DNA from: Macrostomum hystrix
Taxonomy: Eukaryota > Animalia > Platyhelminthes
Reading direction: 5' to 3'
Length of the DNA: 64,000 bases
Assembly: GCA_950097015.1 (NCBI GenBank)
Contig: CATNEN010000029.1
Coordinates: 248,001 to 312,000 of the forward strand
Under the pieces are notes generated by a model. That model saw only the letters and a program-made list of their open reading frames with translations. It did not search any database and was not told the origin of the DNA. Of the stretch, positions 24,637 through 36,500 are shown piece by piece. Both the position numbers and the translations under genes were made by a program. The stretch's first letter is position 1. Every line of letters begins with the position of its first letter.

Positions 24637-25028
24637 CTACATCCTGGTCTCCCCAGTCCGCAGCCTCCATCCAGCTACATCCTGGTCTCCCCAGTCCGCA
24701 GCCTCCATCCAGCTACATCCTGGTCTCCCCAGTCCGCAGCCTCCATCCAGCTACATCCTGGTCTCCCCAGTCCGCAGCCTCCATCCAGCTACATCCTGCT
24801 CTCCTGGTGTCCGCAGCCTCCATCCAGCTGCATCCTGGTCTCCCCAGTCCGCAGCCTCCATCCAGCTGCATCCTGGTCTCCGCAGTCCGCAGCCTCCATC
24901 CAGCTACATCCTGGTCTCCCCAGTCCGCAGCCTCCATCCAGCTACATCCTGGTCTCCGCAGTCCGCAGCCTCCATCCAGCTGCATCCTGGTCTCCCCAGT
25001 CCGCAGCCTCCATCCAGCTACATCCTGC
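24637..25028. repeat. 38-bp tandem repeat at the stop codon/3' UTR of SLC23 paralog B, about 10 copies
   Basis: Same unit as 16243-16432. Confidence 0.92.
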
Positions 25029-28000
25029 TCTCCTGGTGTCCGCAATCCATTGAAGCCTCGGAAGGGCTCGGCAGGCTCGCTGGAAAGAGCGGCAGGCGGT
25101 GCAGGCCGGGCAGGTGGACGCTGTAGAACCTGTGGAAGGCAGCCGACTCGTAGCAGTCCACTTGCCGGCGGAGCTCCGCCTTCGCCCGGTCGCCACTGGT
25201 GACTCCATCTTCGGCCGCATCCCGATCCACCTCCAGACCTCGCTCCTTACGTGTGCCTGGGAACGAGGGGTTCTTAGTGCGTATCAAATCATGAGGAGAA
25301 CTCTGATTCAGAGTTTTCAAAGCATGCAGCCTGGGCAGACAGGAGTCCAGCTGCAGGGCAGTTCGATGAGGATCCATCATTGAGATATCATTTATGGCAT
25401 CATCATTTATTTTTTTATTGCTAAAACACACTAACCTACTCCACCAGAGTTCAAATGCACATTACATCACTTACATTTCAGTCATGTTCTAGCCACACAG
25501 CGTTAAAACTACTTGCCTACCACGCCTTTTCCTACAAATGCTCTATCTTACTAGATGGCATTCCATCGACATTTGAACTCTCCTCTATGTGTTCTGAACA
25601 GTGTTTTCTCTGCTTTACCTGCCTGTGTAAACAAGTAGCTGCACTTGTCTATGGCCATAACACTCGTCACAAAGTGAGAGAGGAGTACGTTAGAGAACGG
25701 AGACTGGCTTAAATGTGAGCTTTCTATTTATCTTCGACTCGCTTAGTTTCACAGCCCTGAGCTACGAGATCAGTAGGATCTGCGCTGAAGATACCGGTGA
25801 CACCAGAAACGGATGGTCGCCTTTCTTCGACTCCGGAGGTTTCACAGCTTGTCGAGGCTCCCTCGCGCACGCTTCCAGCAGATCATGCGTGGATCACAGA
25901 CTGCATACCAGCAGTGGTTCACTAAATATCAGTGAACGTAACGCACCTGGCAACAGGCAGTCCAGTAGAAGAGCAGTGCTCGTTCCGACTAGCATTTCAT
26001 TGCTGAGCAGATCCAGCATTATTGAAGTTGGTACTGACTCGTCTGTAATGAAGCGGAGGTTAGGATGAGCGGTGCAAAAAGCCAATGCAAAGTCTAAAAA
26101 AGAAATTTCTCATGTACCGATCCGTTTTGGTCGGCTCGCCTTGACCTGTAGCGGCACAACAACGCCGAGGAAGACGCTGAAGCCGAACACGAACGCGTTT
26201 CTCGGCCGGTCCATCCGGACGCTCCGGAGGCTGCCCGCGGCGACGCCGCAGATGATGCCGATGGTGGACAGCAGCACGCCGCCGATGATCGGGTCGGGGA
26301 TGCACACGAACAGGGCGCTGAGCTTCGGGAACAGGCCGAACAGGAGCAGGATGACAGAGGTCGCCTGCATCACGCGACGACTCGCCACCTTCGTCATGCT
26401 GATGGCAGCGATGTTGTTGCTGTAGGAGGTCGGTCCCACCGGCAGTCCGAACAAACCACTCACGAGGCAGCCAAAGCCCTCGGCTGTAATGCCTGATTCA
26501 CAAGGAAATTCATGGTCAATTTAAGGGTCGACATTACAGCTTTGGGGTTTTTTGGTATGAAGTTTTGAGGGTAATGCAGAGCGTTCTAGATTTCAAGAAG
26601 GATTCAACGATTAAGTTCTAAGGATACAGTTTCGGGGTGATTGGCTGAGCGGTAGACTCTGCGGTCGAGGCCGCATTCATTTGACGCGCAGCCGTGGAGC
26701 GATGATTTTGCGCGCTTGTCGTGTAATTTACACCCACGAGGGCAAACCCCCCAAAACAGCTACACCGCAGAGGGAGAGTGTACACCGCAATAAAATGAAA
26801 AGTCAAGGTGTGTGTTAACCTTTTGGGTGAGTGGGTGCCTGGGCTAAGCGCTGACAGCGGGTCTACAGTCACTAAATGTTGTGCAAGAGTCCAAAGCCAA
26901 TATTATTTCTAAGGATAAAGTTTCGATTTTTTAATCTTATTTGCCCAACTCAGATGGCAACCAACCGCGGTTCATGGGGAAGCCGATGGGACTGGCGGAG
27001 CCGCAGAACTTGGCGCAGGTCACGTAGTCGCCGATGCTCTCCATGATGGACACGAGAATCGCGCAGCTGACCGCCACTACGCCGGGCCCGTTGACCGACA
27101 GCCTGCCGAACTGCAGCGGGTGCGGCAGCCGGAACCAGCCGGCGTTCGCCACCGCTGACGACTTCACGTCCGTGCGCCCGCCGTAGCCCCAGGCCTCCGG
27201 GTTGTTCGGCAGGACGTCCGTGACAGTCAGCACGTGGCACACCGAGTACATGATAGCCATGGACAACAGGATCTATTCAAAGGAGGTTTTAGTTTTTCAA
27301 TTTTAAACTTGGTGGCTGGGACTTTAAGATTCTTGAGCACTTTAGTATTGAGTGTAAAGCAGTGCTCTCCGGACGGACTCACAGGCAGAGATGAGAATAT
27401 GGCGCATCTGGTCACCCTGACGCGTCGTTGCCGAAACGAAAAGTACGGAAGGGGCACCCCGACCCAGTCCAGCGCATATGTGAAAGCGATGATCAGCACA
27501 CAGCAGCTGAAAATCAGGTGTCGAGCATTTAAAATGGTTGCATTTTATAACAATATTGATAATAGTAATACCTAGAATTCCTTAGGAAAATGGGATCTGC
27601 ACAATTTGTCGCTCAAAAGTAGAACGCGAAGTCCGTTTTGTCTTTAAGTGTGGCTGGAGTCCATACAGTTCAATCAGGGAGAATATTTTCCAAGAAATAC
27701 TAACTGATTGCTGTGGCTAACTTAGAAGATGACGAATGCATATACCGAATGGCGCAAGAAAGTGAAGAACTGACACAAGGACTAGCGTTATTTGCCTAAT
27801 ACTATTTGAAATTATAGAAAGCGAACAGCTTAAGACTTCATTTTGGTATAAATAGCGACATAATGATAGTAAATATATACGCAAAATCTGTCTACACCAG
27901 CTGACCTGAGTTTGACTTTCTGTTTATGCAAACACGCAGAACAAAAATAAATATCTAACTACAGAGCTCTTGTGTCAGACTGAGCAGCTCACGTGTGTTT

Positions 28001-29547
28001 GAGTCTTCCACAACGAATTTCATCTTGAACTGAAAAATATTAGCTTTATCTTCATTTCAGTATTGGCTCACTCACGCCATTGCCAGGTAGAACTGCGGCG
28101 CACACAGCTTCAGGACGGCACCCATGACGCTGAAGCCGATGAGGAAGATGGTCGGCGCCACCACCAGCGGGCTGACGAAGTGCAGCAGGCGACTCATCAC
28201 CCCGGTGCTCCCGATGAGAAGCTGCAAGATGGCGCCGACCGCGATGGTGCCGGCCACCTGGCCGATGCGCGAGTGCCACAGCTGCTCGCCCGACTGCGGC
28301 AGCAACGTTGTGCCGTTCTCCAGGGTCCCGTTGCCTGGTGAACAAACGGTGGATGAATTCCCCTTGCATAAATAGTTAGTCAGAAAGAAGCCAGATTGTA
28401 TGCAGTTTTATTTGCAAGGAGCGGTGGGCAATAGTGGATCAGTTCTGCCCATTCTTCTGATTTCTGAACACTCACACAGGTGTGTACATCTGTCTCTTCG
28501 TCAGCAGTGTACACTCTCACTGTGCCTTGGAGGTTGGCCCTCAAGGGTGCAAATTTCACAAGCACCCAAGCCTTCTCTCCGCAGCTGCGCCCCAAATGAA
28601 TGTGGCCCCGCCGCGGAATCGAGCCCAGGGACCTTGGTGCGAGAGGCAAACGCGTTGACCGCTCTGCCACTCACCCTCAGGTTAGCTCACATCGGCGGCA
28701 GTAAAATCTAGAAAACATTAGGAAAAGACATTGGGAACAAAACAAATACTGCTTGATGTTTCCTGGAATCCTTTCTCGACAAATCAACTGCGTGTCTTTT
28801 CTAGCACACCTTGAGAATCAAAGTGGGTTCAGCAGGTTTTTAGGTCTGAGTTTGTCCATTGCGGGGCAGCCATTCAGTTCTGGCATCATTCTGCACAAAT
28901 ACTCGTATAATGTGGGAATCGAAACGGCACATCCTGATCTTGCTTTACCTTTCAGCTTCAAGTCAGGGCAAACCGAGACGTCGCTGGCCATGATTCCAAC
29001 GGCCACTGGATAAAAAACAATGCTTGGTCCCTGGGCAATGGGCAGCCTGATGCCAAGGCTGCATTGTACCAGGGTCGTGATGCCCATCACGAAGAAGCAG
29101 GAGGCGATGAGGTTCGACTTGTCCACCTCGTCCTGCACACAGGCGGCCTCGAACAAGATGATGACACCGAAGGCGCAGCCGCTGCTCATGATGATGAAGT
29201 GCTGGAAGCCCAGCAGCAGCGTCAGGTACCATCTGGGGTTGTCGTTTAGCCCGTAGGTCAGGCGCAGAGCTGAAGTCGGATTTGAGCATAGTTAGTCAGT
29301 CATGCTTTCTAATTCACAGTATAGACTGATATTTAACCGCTTGAAATTCTATGATTAGGTAGAGAGGTTTAATTTATATCAGAGATGTGCTCTGTAGTGT
29401 CTGCAATGGTCACAGTCGGTCATTCTTGAAATAACGATACCATACCACATTTCCAACTGCTAGTTCTTTGAACTGCTCACCTTCAAACTCCAGATCTGGA
29501 GGCTCCTGCTTCTCGTCAGTACCTGTGTTGCTGGCTTGAATAGTCAT
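25018..29547 (-). CDS. SLC23A: SLC23/NAT (NCS2) nucleobase-ascorbate transporter, paralog B; 8 exons, 595 aa predicted
   Basis: Exons 29547-29481, 29269-28949, 28334-28076, 27506-27383, 27272-26966, 26492-26118, 26042-25947, 25256-25018. Same phases and motifs as paralog A; total 1788 nt. Confidence 0.9.
26642..26790 (+). mobile_element. SINE family 2, old diverged copy in intron 5 of SLC23 paralog B
   Basis: CGCAGCCGTGGAGCG..GCTTGTCGTGTAATTTACACCCACGAGGGCAAACC..GAGAGTGTACAC aligns loosely to the family 2 body. Confidence 0.5.
28485..28672 (-). mobile_element. tRNA-derived SINE family 2
   Basis: Reverse complement aligns with 32246-32490 and 36186-36410 (GAGAGAAGGCTTGGG..CCCTTGAGGGCCAACCTC..ACAGTGAGAGTGTACAC). 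Confidence 0.7.
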
Positions 29548-29574
29548 GAGATATCCTGACTGATGCTGAGTCGG

Positions 29575-30022
29575 AGGATTGCTTCCAGAGTCAGAGGATT
29601 GCTTCCAGAGTCAGAGGATTGCTTCCAGAGTCAGACGATTACTTCCAGAGTCAGAGGATTGCTTCCAGAGTCAGAGGATTGCTTTCCAGAGTCAGAGGAT
29701 TGCTTCCAGAGTCAGAGGATTGCTTTCCAGAGTCAGAGGATTGCTTCCAGAGTCAGAGGATTGCTTCCAGAGTCAGAGGATTGCTTCCAGAGTCAAAGGA
29801 TTGCTTCCAGAGTCAAAGGATTGCTTCCAGTGTCAGAGGATTGCTTCCAGAGTCAGGCGATTGCTTCCAGAGTCAGTGGATTGCTTCCAGAGTCAAAGGA
29901 TTGCTTCCAGAGTCAAAGGATTGCTTCCAGAGTCAGAGGATTGCTTCCAGAGTCAAAGGATTGCTTCCAGAGTCAGAGGATTGCTTCCAGAGTCAGAGGA
30001 TTGCTTCCAGAGTCAGAGGATG
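29575..30022. repeat. Minisatellite, 20-bp unit, just upstream of the SLC23 paralog B ATG
   Basis: Unit GGATTGCTTCCAGAGTCAGA. Confidence 0.95.
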
Positions 30023-30584
30023 CCGCTTCCTGTTCGCTCGATTTGGTTCCGAAGTCCTTTGAACCAATGTCCCACTGAGTAAGCACTGAGTAGTCTCTCT
30101 GCTTTCAATGAGATAAGGCCTTTCAGAAGTGGAGCCGCTGTCCCTGTACAATCGGACACCTGCGACCTTTCTTTTAGTTGTCTACAAAATAGATTTCTTC
30201 AAATTTGACTCCAACCTTGTGATTTAAGCACTTCAGCTTAGAAATTCTGTATTTTTATGCCACAAATAGCTACAGACCGAACTGCTTGCTTTATGGGCTC
30301 CTTGTGACCCGTTCTGGTGGACTTGAAATCTAAATTGCATTTTCAACAAATTATTCAAATCGTTGGGCATTCAAATATTTACTTGCAGAACTGTATGGCC
30401 TGTGAACTCTCATTCCTTCTCTCTCCAAATAGCATACGATTTGTGTTATCAATCCTTATGCAAAGCGTGCAGGTAACAAGTTGCTCTTTGCTGTGTCAAA
30501 ACAAAGTCTCTCAGGCTACAAGCCTTAAAGCCAAAGTTGAAACTTAAAAAGCGAATTAGAGGTTGCCTCTTAAGTCCTGGGGTG

Positions 30585-32113
30585 TTTGTGTCTTGAGTCC
30601 TAGGGTGTCTGTGTCTTGAGTCCTTGGGTAATCTGTGTCTTGAGTCCTAGGGTAATCTGTGTCTTCAGTCCTAGGGTAATCTGTGTCTTGAGTCCTAGGG
30701 TAATCTGTGTCTTCAGTCCTAGGGTAATCTGTGTCTTGAGTCCTAGGGTGTCTGTGTCTTGAGTCCTAGGGTAATCTGTGTCCTTGAGTCCTAGGGTAAT
30801 CTGTGTCTTGAGTCCTAGGGTAATCTGTGTCCTTGAGTCCTAGGGTGTCTGTGTCTTGAGTCCTAGGGTAATCTGTGTCTTGAGTCCTAGGGTAATCTGT
30901 GTCTTCAGTCCTAGGGTAATCTGTGTCTTGAGTCCTAGGGTAATCTGTGTCTTGAGTCCTAGGGTAATCTGTGTCTTGAGTCCTAGGGTGTCTGTGTCTT
31001 CAGTCCTAGGGTGTCTGTGTCTTGAGTCCTTGGGTAATCTGTGTCTTGAGTCCTAGGGTGTCTGTGTCTTGAGTCCTAGGGTAATCTGTGTCCTTGAGTC
31101 CTAGGGTGTCTGTGTCTTCATTCCTAGGGTAATCTGTGTCTTGAGTCCTAGGGTAATCTGTGTCTTGAGTCCTAGGGTAATCTGTGTCTTCAGTCCTAGG
31201 GTAATCTGTGTCTTCAGTCCTAGGGTAATCTGTGTCTTCAGTCCTAGGGTAATCTGTGTCTTCAGTCCTAGGGTAATCTGTGTCTTGAGTCCTAGGGTAA
31301 TCTGTGTCTTCAGTCCTAGGGTAATCTGTGTCTTGAGTCCTAGGGTGTCTGTGTCTTCAGTCCTAGGGTGTCTGTGTCTTGAGTCCTTGGGTAATCTGTG
31401 TCTTGAGTCCTAGGGTGTCTGTGTCTTGAGTCCTAGGGTAATCTGTGTCCTTGAGTCCTTGGGTAATCTGTGTCTTGAGTCCTAGGGTAATCTGTGTCTT
31501 GAGTCCTAGGGTGTCTGTGTCTTGAGTCCTAGGGTAATCTGTGTCCTTGAGTCCTAGGGTGTCTGTGTCTTGAGTCCTAGGGTAATCTGTGTCTTGAGTC
31601 CTAGGGTAATCTGTGTCTTGAGTCCTAGGGTGTCTGTGTCTTCAGTCCTAGGGTGTCTGTGTCTTCAGTCCTAGGGTAATCTGTGTCCTTGAGTCCTAGG
31701 GTAATCTGTGTCTTCAGTCCTAGGGTAATCTGTGTCTTGAGTCCTAGGGTGTCTGTGTCTTCAGTCCTAGGGTGTCTGTGTCTTGAGTCCTTGAGTCTTG
31801 TGTCTGCTGTCACTCCTGTGTCTGCTGTCACTGTATAATCTGTGTCTTCAGTCCTAGGGTGTCTGTGTCTTGAGTCCTTGGGTAATCTGTGTCTTGAGTC
31901 CTAGGGTGTCTGTGTCTTGAGTCCTTGGGTAATCTGTGTCTTGAGTCCTAGGGTGTCTGTGTCTTGAGTCCTTGGGTAATCTGTGTCTTGAGTCCTAGGG
32001 TAATCTGTGTCTTGAGTCCTAGGGTGTCTGTGTCTTGAGTCCTAGGGTGTCTGTGTCTTGAGTCCTAGGGTAATCTGTGTCCTTGAGTCCTAGGGTAATC
32101 TGTGTCTTGAGTC
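30585..32113. repeat. Minisatellite, 23-25-bp unit
   Basis: Unit GAGTCCTAGGGTAATCTGTGTCTT / GAGTCCTAGGGTGTCTGTGTCTT. Confidence 0.95.
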
Positions 32114-32245
32114 GTGGTCTTCTGCGCTGACGGGTTGAGGGGCATGCAACGGAGCTTCTGCGCTGTCAGCAGTTCGTCTACTTCGGTGGGCTGGTACCTG
32201 ACGTCCGCGAAGATCTGCGGCGTCGCCGCGACTCGCCTGGGCTGC

Positions 32246-32490
32246 CTGTGGCAGAGCGGTTAACACGTTTGCCTCTCGCACCAAGGTCCCTGAGCTCGAT
32301 TCCGAGCCGAGGCCACTTTCTTTTGGGGGCGCAGCCACGGAGAGAAGGCTTGGGGGCTTGTCTTACAATTTACGCCCTTGAGTGCCAACCTCAAAAACAC
32401 AGTGAGTGTACACTGCCTGACGATGAGAAAGTCAGGGCAGATGTACTGTAGTACACACCTGTGTGAACGTGTGCCTGCTTACAGTATCTG
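32246..32490 (+). mobile_element. tRNA-derived SINE family 2
   Basis: A-box-like GGCAGAGCGGTTAA, B-box-like GAGCTCGATTCC, and the shared body sequence. Confidence 0.7.
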
Positions 32491-32547
32491 CGTGCTTGGC
32501 ATCTCTATTTGTGTCTCATTTGCGTAACAAATCATGTCAGAAAGCTG

Positions 32548-32730
32548 TGGGCTTGTGAATGGAGCTTCGAATTTCTGACTAAGAGGTCCGGAGTTCGAAT
32601 CTCAGCCGAAGGGAAACAACTTGTGTCCTCGAACAACGATACTTAATTCGCTAGTGCATCAGTTTATTGATTTGTAAAAGGGATGCAGTTGCACGCACCT
32701 GGCCCAATTAGGATAGGTGCTATTTCTATT
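32548..32730 (+). mobile_element. SINE family 1, diverged copy
   Basis: GAGGTCCGGAGTTCGAATC, CTTGTGTCCTCGAACAACGATACTTAA, and 3' GGCCCAATTAGGATAGGTG. Confidence 0.6.
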
Positions 32731-33527
32731 CTACTGCGTGAAACTAAATCAAACGAAGTCCACTTGATCAAGTAAAGAATATATGTGTTCATCCATTAGC
32801 ATGGCATGAGTATATTTGATTATTGCGAGAGTAAATCACAAGTGTTTTATGGCAGGTACCGGGTTCGAGTCCCGAACTTGGGTAAACATTAGTCTCCAGC
32901 TTCTTTTTCGTCGTTTTCAGGCAAGCAGCAAATTTTTAAATACCAACTTTCTTTGCTGTGTTACGTTTAAAATATTATAATGAATTTCAAAGTCTTAGAC
33001 TTTATTTTACACACACTCAGGGTTAGGCGAAGCCAATTAGACAGAACTATTTCGCATTATTCTTGCTTGGCATACTACTTTTGCTGCTGTTTAAAGGAAA
33101 ATACGAGTAGTTTAAATAGAATGTTTATAGAATAGCAACAAAGAGAAAGTCGTGTCTTTACAATTTACATTTACTATACAATTTGAATCTACTGGGTTGC
33201 ACTACAAGCTTATGCAATATAAGGCAGTAAAGGGCTACTTTCATTGTACAGTATGCATCTGAAAACTATGAGATGTGAAAACACATGGCCAGCTCTTGCT
33301 TAGATTTGGAAAAGTTCAAGACTCAAAGAAATTTTGCGGCGCTAAAAAAGCGATTAAAAAGCAGAAGAAAATACACTGATGAAGTTAGCTGATCAAAAAT
33401 AAGAATTTCTAACTAAGTCTCTTTGGTTCATGAAAGTAAGCATAACAAGTTGTTCACAGTTTTTTTTCTCGACTCTCACACCTGGCTGCTTCTGCTGCGT
33501 CTGAGCTCATTGAAGGCTGGCAGATGA

Positions 33528-36500
33528 TCAAGTTGGCTTCACCTTGTTGCTGTTCTTGCGATCGTCGATGAGTAAAATGGCTGCACCAACTATCAGCAAG
33601 CACTGCGGGAGACAAACTTCACTCTAATTGATATCTGCTGTCACTCCTGTGTCTGCTGTCACTGATGTGTCTGCTGTCACTGGTATGTCTGCTGTCACTG
33701 CTGTGTCTGCTGTCACTGATGTGTCTGCTGTCACTGATGTGTCTGCTGTCACTGCTGTGTCTGCTGTCACTGCTGTGTCTGCTGTCACTGCTGTGTCTGC
33801 TGTCACTGCTGTGTCTGCTGTCACTGATGTGTCTGCTGTCACTGCTGTGTCTGCTGTCACTGCTGTGTCTACTGTCACTGCTGTGTCTGCTGTCACTGCT
33901 GTGTCTGCTGTCACTGCTGTGTCTGCTGTCACTGCTGTGTCTGCTGTCACTGATGTGTCTGCTGTCACTGATGTGTCTGCTGTCACTGGTATGTCTGCTG
34001 TCACTGCTGTGTCTGCTGTCACTGCTGTGTCTGCTGTCACTGCTGTGTCTGCTGTCACTGCTGTGTCTGCTGTCACTGCTGTGTCTGCTGTCACTGATGT
34101 GTCTGCTGTCACTGCTGTGTCTGCTGTCACTGCTGTGTCTACTGTCACTGCTGTGTCTGCTGTCACTGATGTGTCTGCTGTCACTGCTGTGTCTACTGTC
34201 ACTGCTGTGTCTGCTGTCACTGATGTGTCTGCTGTCACTGCTGTGTCTGCTGTCACTGCTGTGTCTACTGTCACTGCTGTGTCTGCTGTCACTGCTGTGT
34301 CTGCTGTCACTGCTGTGTCTGCTGTCACTGCTGTGTCTGCTGTCACTGATGTGTCTATTGTCACTGCTGTGTCTGCTGTCACTCCTGTGTCTGCTGTCAC
34401 TGCTGTGTCTGCTGTTACTCCTGTGTCTGCTGTCACTCCTGTGTCTACTGTCACTGATGTGTCTGCTGTCACTGATGTGTCTACTGTCACTCCTGTGTCT
34501 GCTGTCACTGATGTGTCTACTGTCACTGATGTTTCTACTGTCACTGATGTTTCTGCTGTCACTGATGTGTCTACTGTCACTGATGTTTTCTGCTGTCACT
34601 GATGTGTCTGCTGTCACTGATGTGTCTGCTGTCACTGATGTGTCTACTGTCACTGATGTGTCTACTGTCACTGATGTGTCTGCTGTCACTCCTGTGTCTG
34701 CTGTCACTTTATTTGTCTGGTATCCAGAATTTTAAGGAAAAGTCCAAAATTTGCGAATTGGCAGACGAGTTTAAAAGTACAACTTACCTGGAATCCGAGA
34801 ACACCGCCCATTCCGTAGAACAGGTAGTCAAGCGGTATGTACTTATCGATGTAGTTAAAGATGGCATCGTAGCAGCCGTTCTGATAGTTGCTGGTCTGTG
34901 GCGTGGTGTTGTTGTACGGGCATGTGCTATCAATTATCGAGAATGTGCTGATGTTGTACTTGCAGCAGGTAAGCGGATAGGTCAGGTCTGAAAAACGATT
35001 GCAAAATATTCAACTGTTATGTATGTTGGACTTCACTAGGCTCACTTAACAGTAGAACTACCAAGGGGGGAATTCCTGACAATTCTTGTGCTGCACCCGA
35101 ACGGAGCAACGCAAGCGCACGAAACTCGAGAACTCGGGCCAACTTTTTGTTGCGTCCATTTTGTCTAAAACAAGAACCAAGTCTCCAGCTCTTCAGACCG
35201 TGTATTACACACACCCCTTGCCAGGCCTTAAAAATTTATCAGCACGTGACCATCTTTGGCGGTCACCAACCTTTATCTAGACGGAGCTGCTGGACCTTCA
35301 AGGGCTAAACCAGTTGTAACTAGGCCACAATGGACACCCTGACGCGAATTTCTCCACTTTCACTGATCAAGCCTAAGTACAGGCTCAGCTCAACCACAGG
35401 ACACCATCATCTAGTCTGTAAATCAAGCAGGGCGAGAGCAAGCACCCAACGCTGTTAGCATTCAGTCGCTGCCAAAAATATTTTCAGGGGGGGGGAATTC
35501 CCTCCCGCCTTAGTATAAAAAACGGGAGGCAAAATGGGTTGGTAGTCTTTGTACTGCAAGTTCTACTATAAGCAGATTCAAACTCACTGAATGTATAGTT
35601 GTACCCCGAGCTTTTGTAGGTGTAAGTCCTGTCCCACTTGGCGCTCAGTGTGTGAAAGTCGGTGCCATTGGTCACGCCGCAGCAGCCGATGAAGATCTGA
35701 ATCATGTTCTGCAGCAGGCTCTGGATGTTCTTGCTGCTGATTCCAGTGAACTGCTTCAGGCTCTCCTCCATGGCCGTCTTAGCGTTGGCCTTGAACTGCG
35801 AGCGGCAAAGGAAATCCGAGTCCTGGTTTCATCTCACGGTCTTTCTTTTTTAAGAAATCTTTTATAAGAGTATGTAGCCCAATTATTAAAGCTTTGCACT
35901 TCTGACCGAGAGGTCACGAGTTCGAATTTTAGCTCAAGGAAGACAACTTGTGTCGTTGAGCAAGACAATTGCATTTAGTGCTTCAGTTCGCTAAGGGTAC
36001 CAGCATCAGCTGAAGTAGAAATTTTCAGGGATGTCGGGCTGAACAGTTAGACGTAATTTCAATCAAGCGTGCCTAAAGTCTTCATTCTGTAAATAATGAA
36101 TTTGAAATCATTTGAATTTCAGGATTCTCAAGATTATGAATTTTGCAGCTGATAGTAGACGCTGCTAAAGGGGAGTGTTATTAGTCGCAGAACGGTCTAA
36201 CACGTTTGCACCAGGGTCCCTGAGCTCGATTCCACGGCGAGACCACATTCATTTGGGGCGCAGCCACAGAGAGAAGGCTTGGGGGCTTGTCGTGCAATTT
36301 ACGCCCTTGAGGGCCAACCTCCGAGACACAGTGAGAGTGAGAAAGTCAGGGCAGATGTACACACCTGTGTGAGCGTGTGCCTGCGTACAGTATCAGTGAG
36401 CTTGTGTGTGCTCAGGAGTCAGCGGAATGGGCAGAATTACCTTCTCGCTGGCTGCGGGTCTAGTGTCTCCAAATGATGCGCCATTACCAAAAGCACTCAA

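Noticed and set aside
32415-32450. Hammerhead ribozyme-like CTGACGA..GAAA in SINE family 2
   Set aside because: There is no room for stem II, and the motif is not conserved in the other copies.
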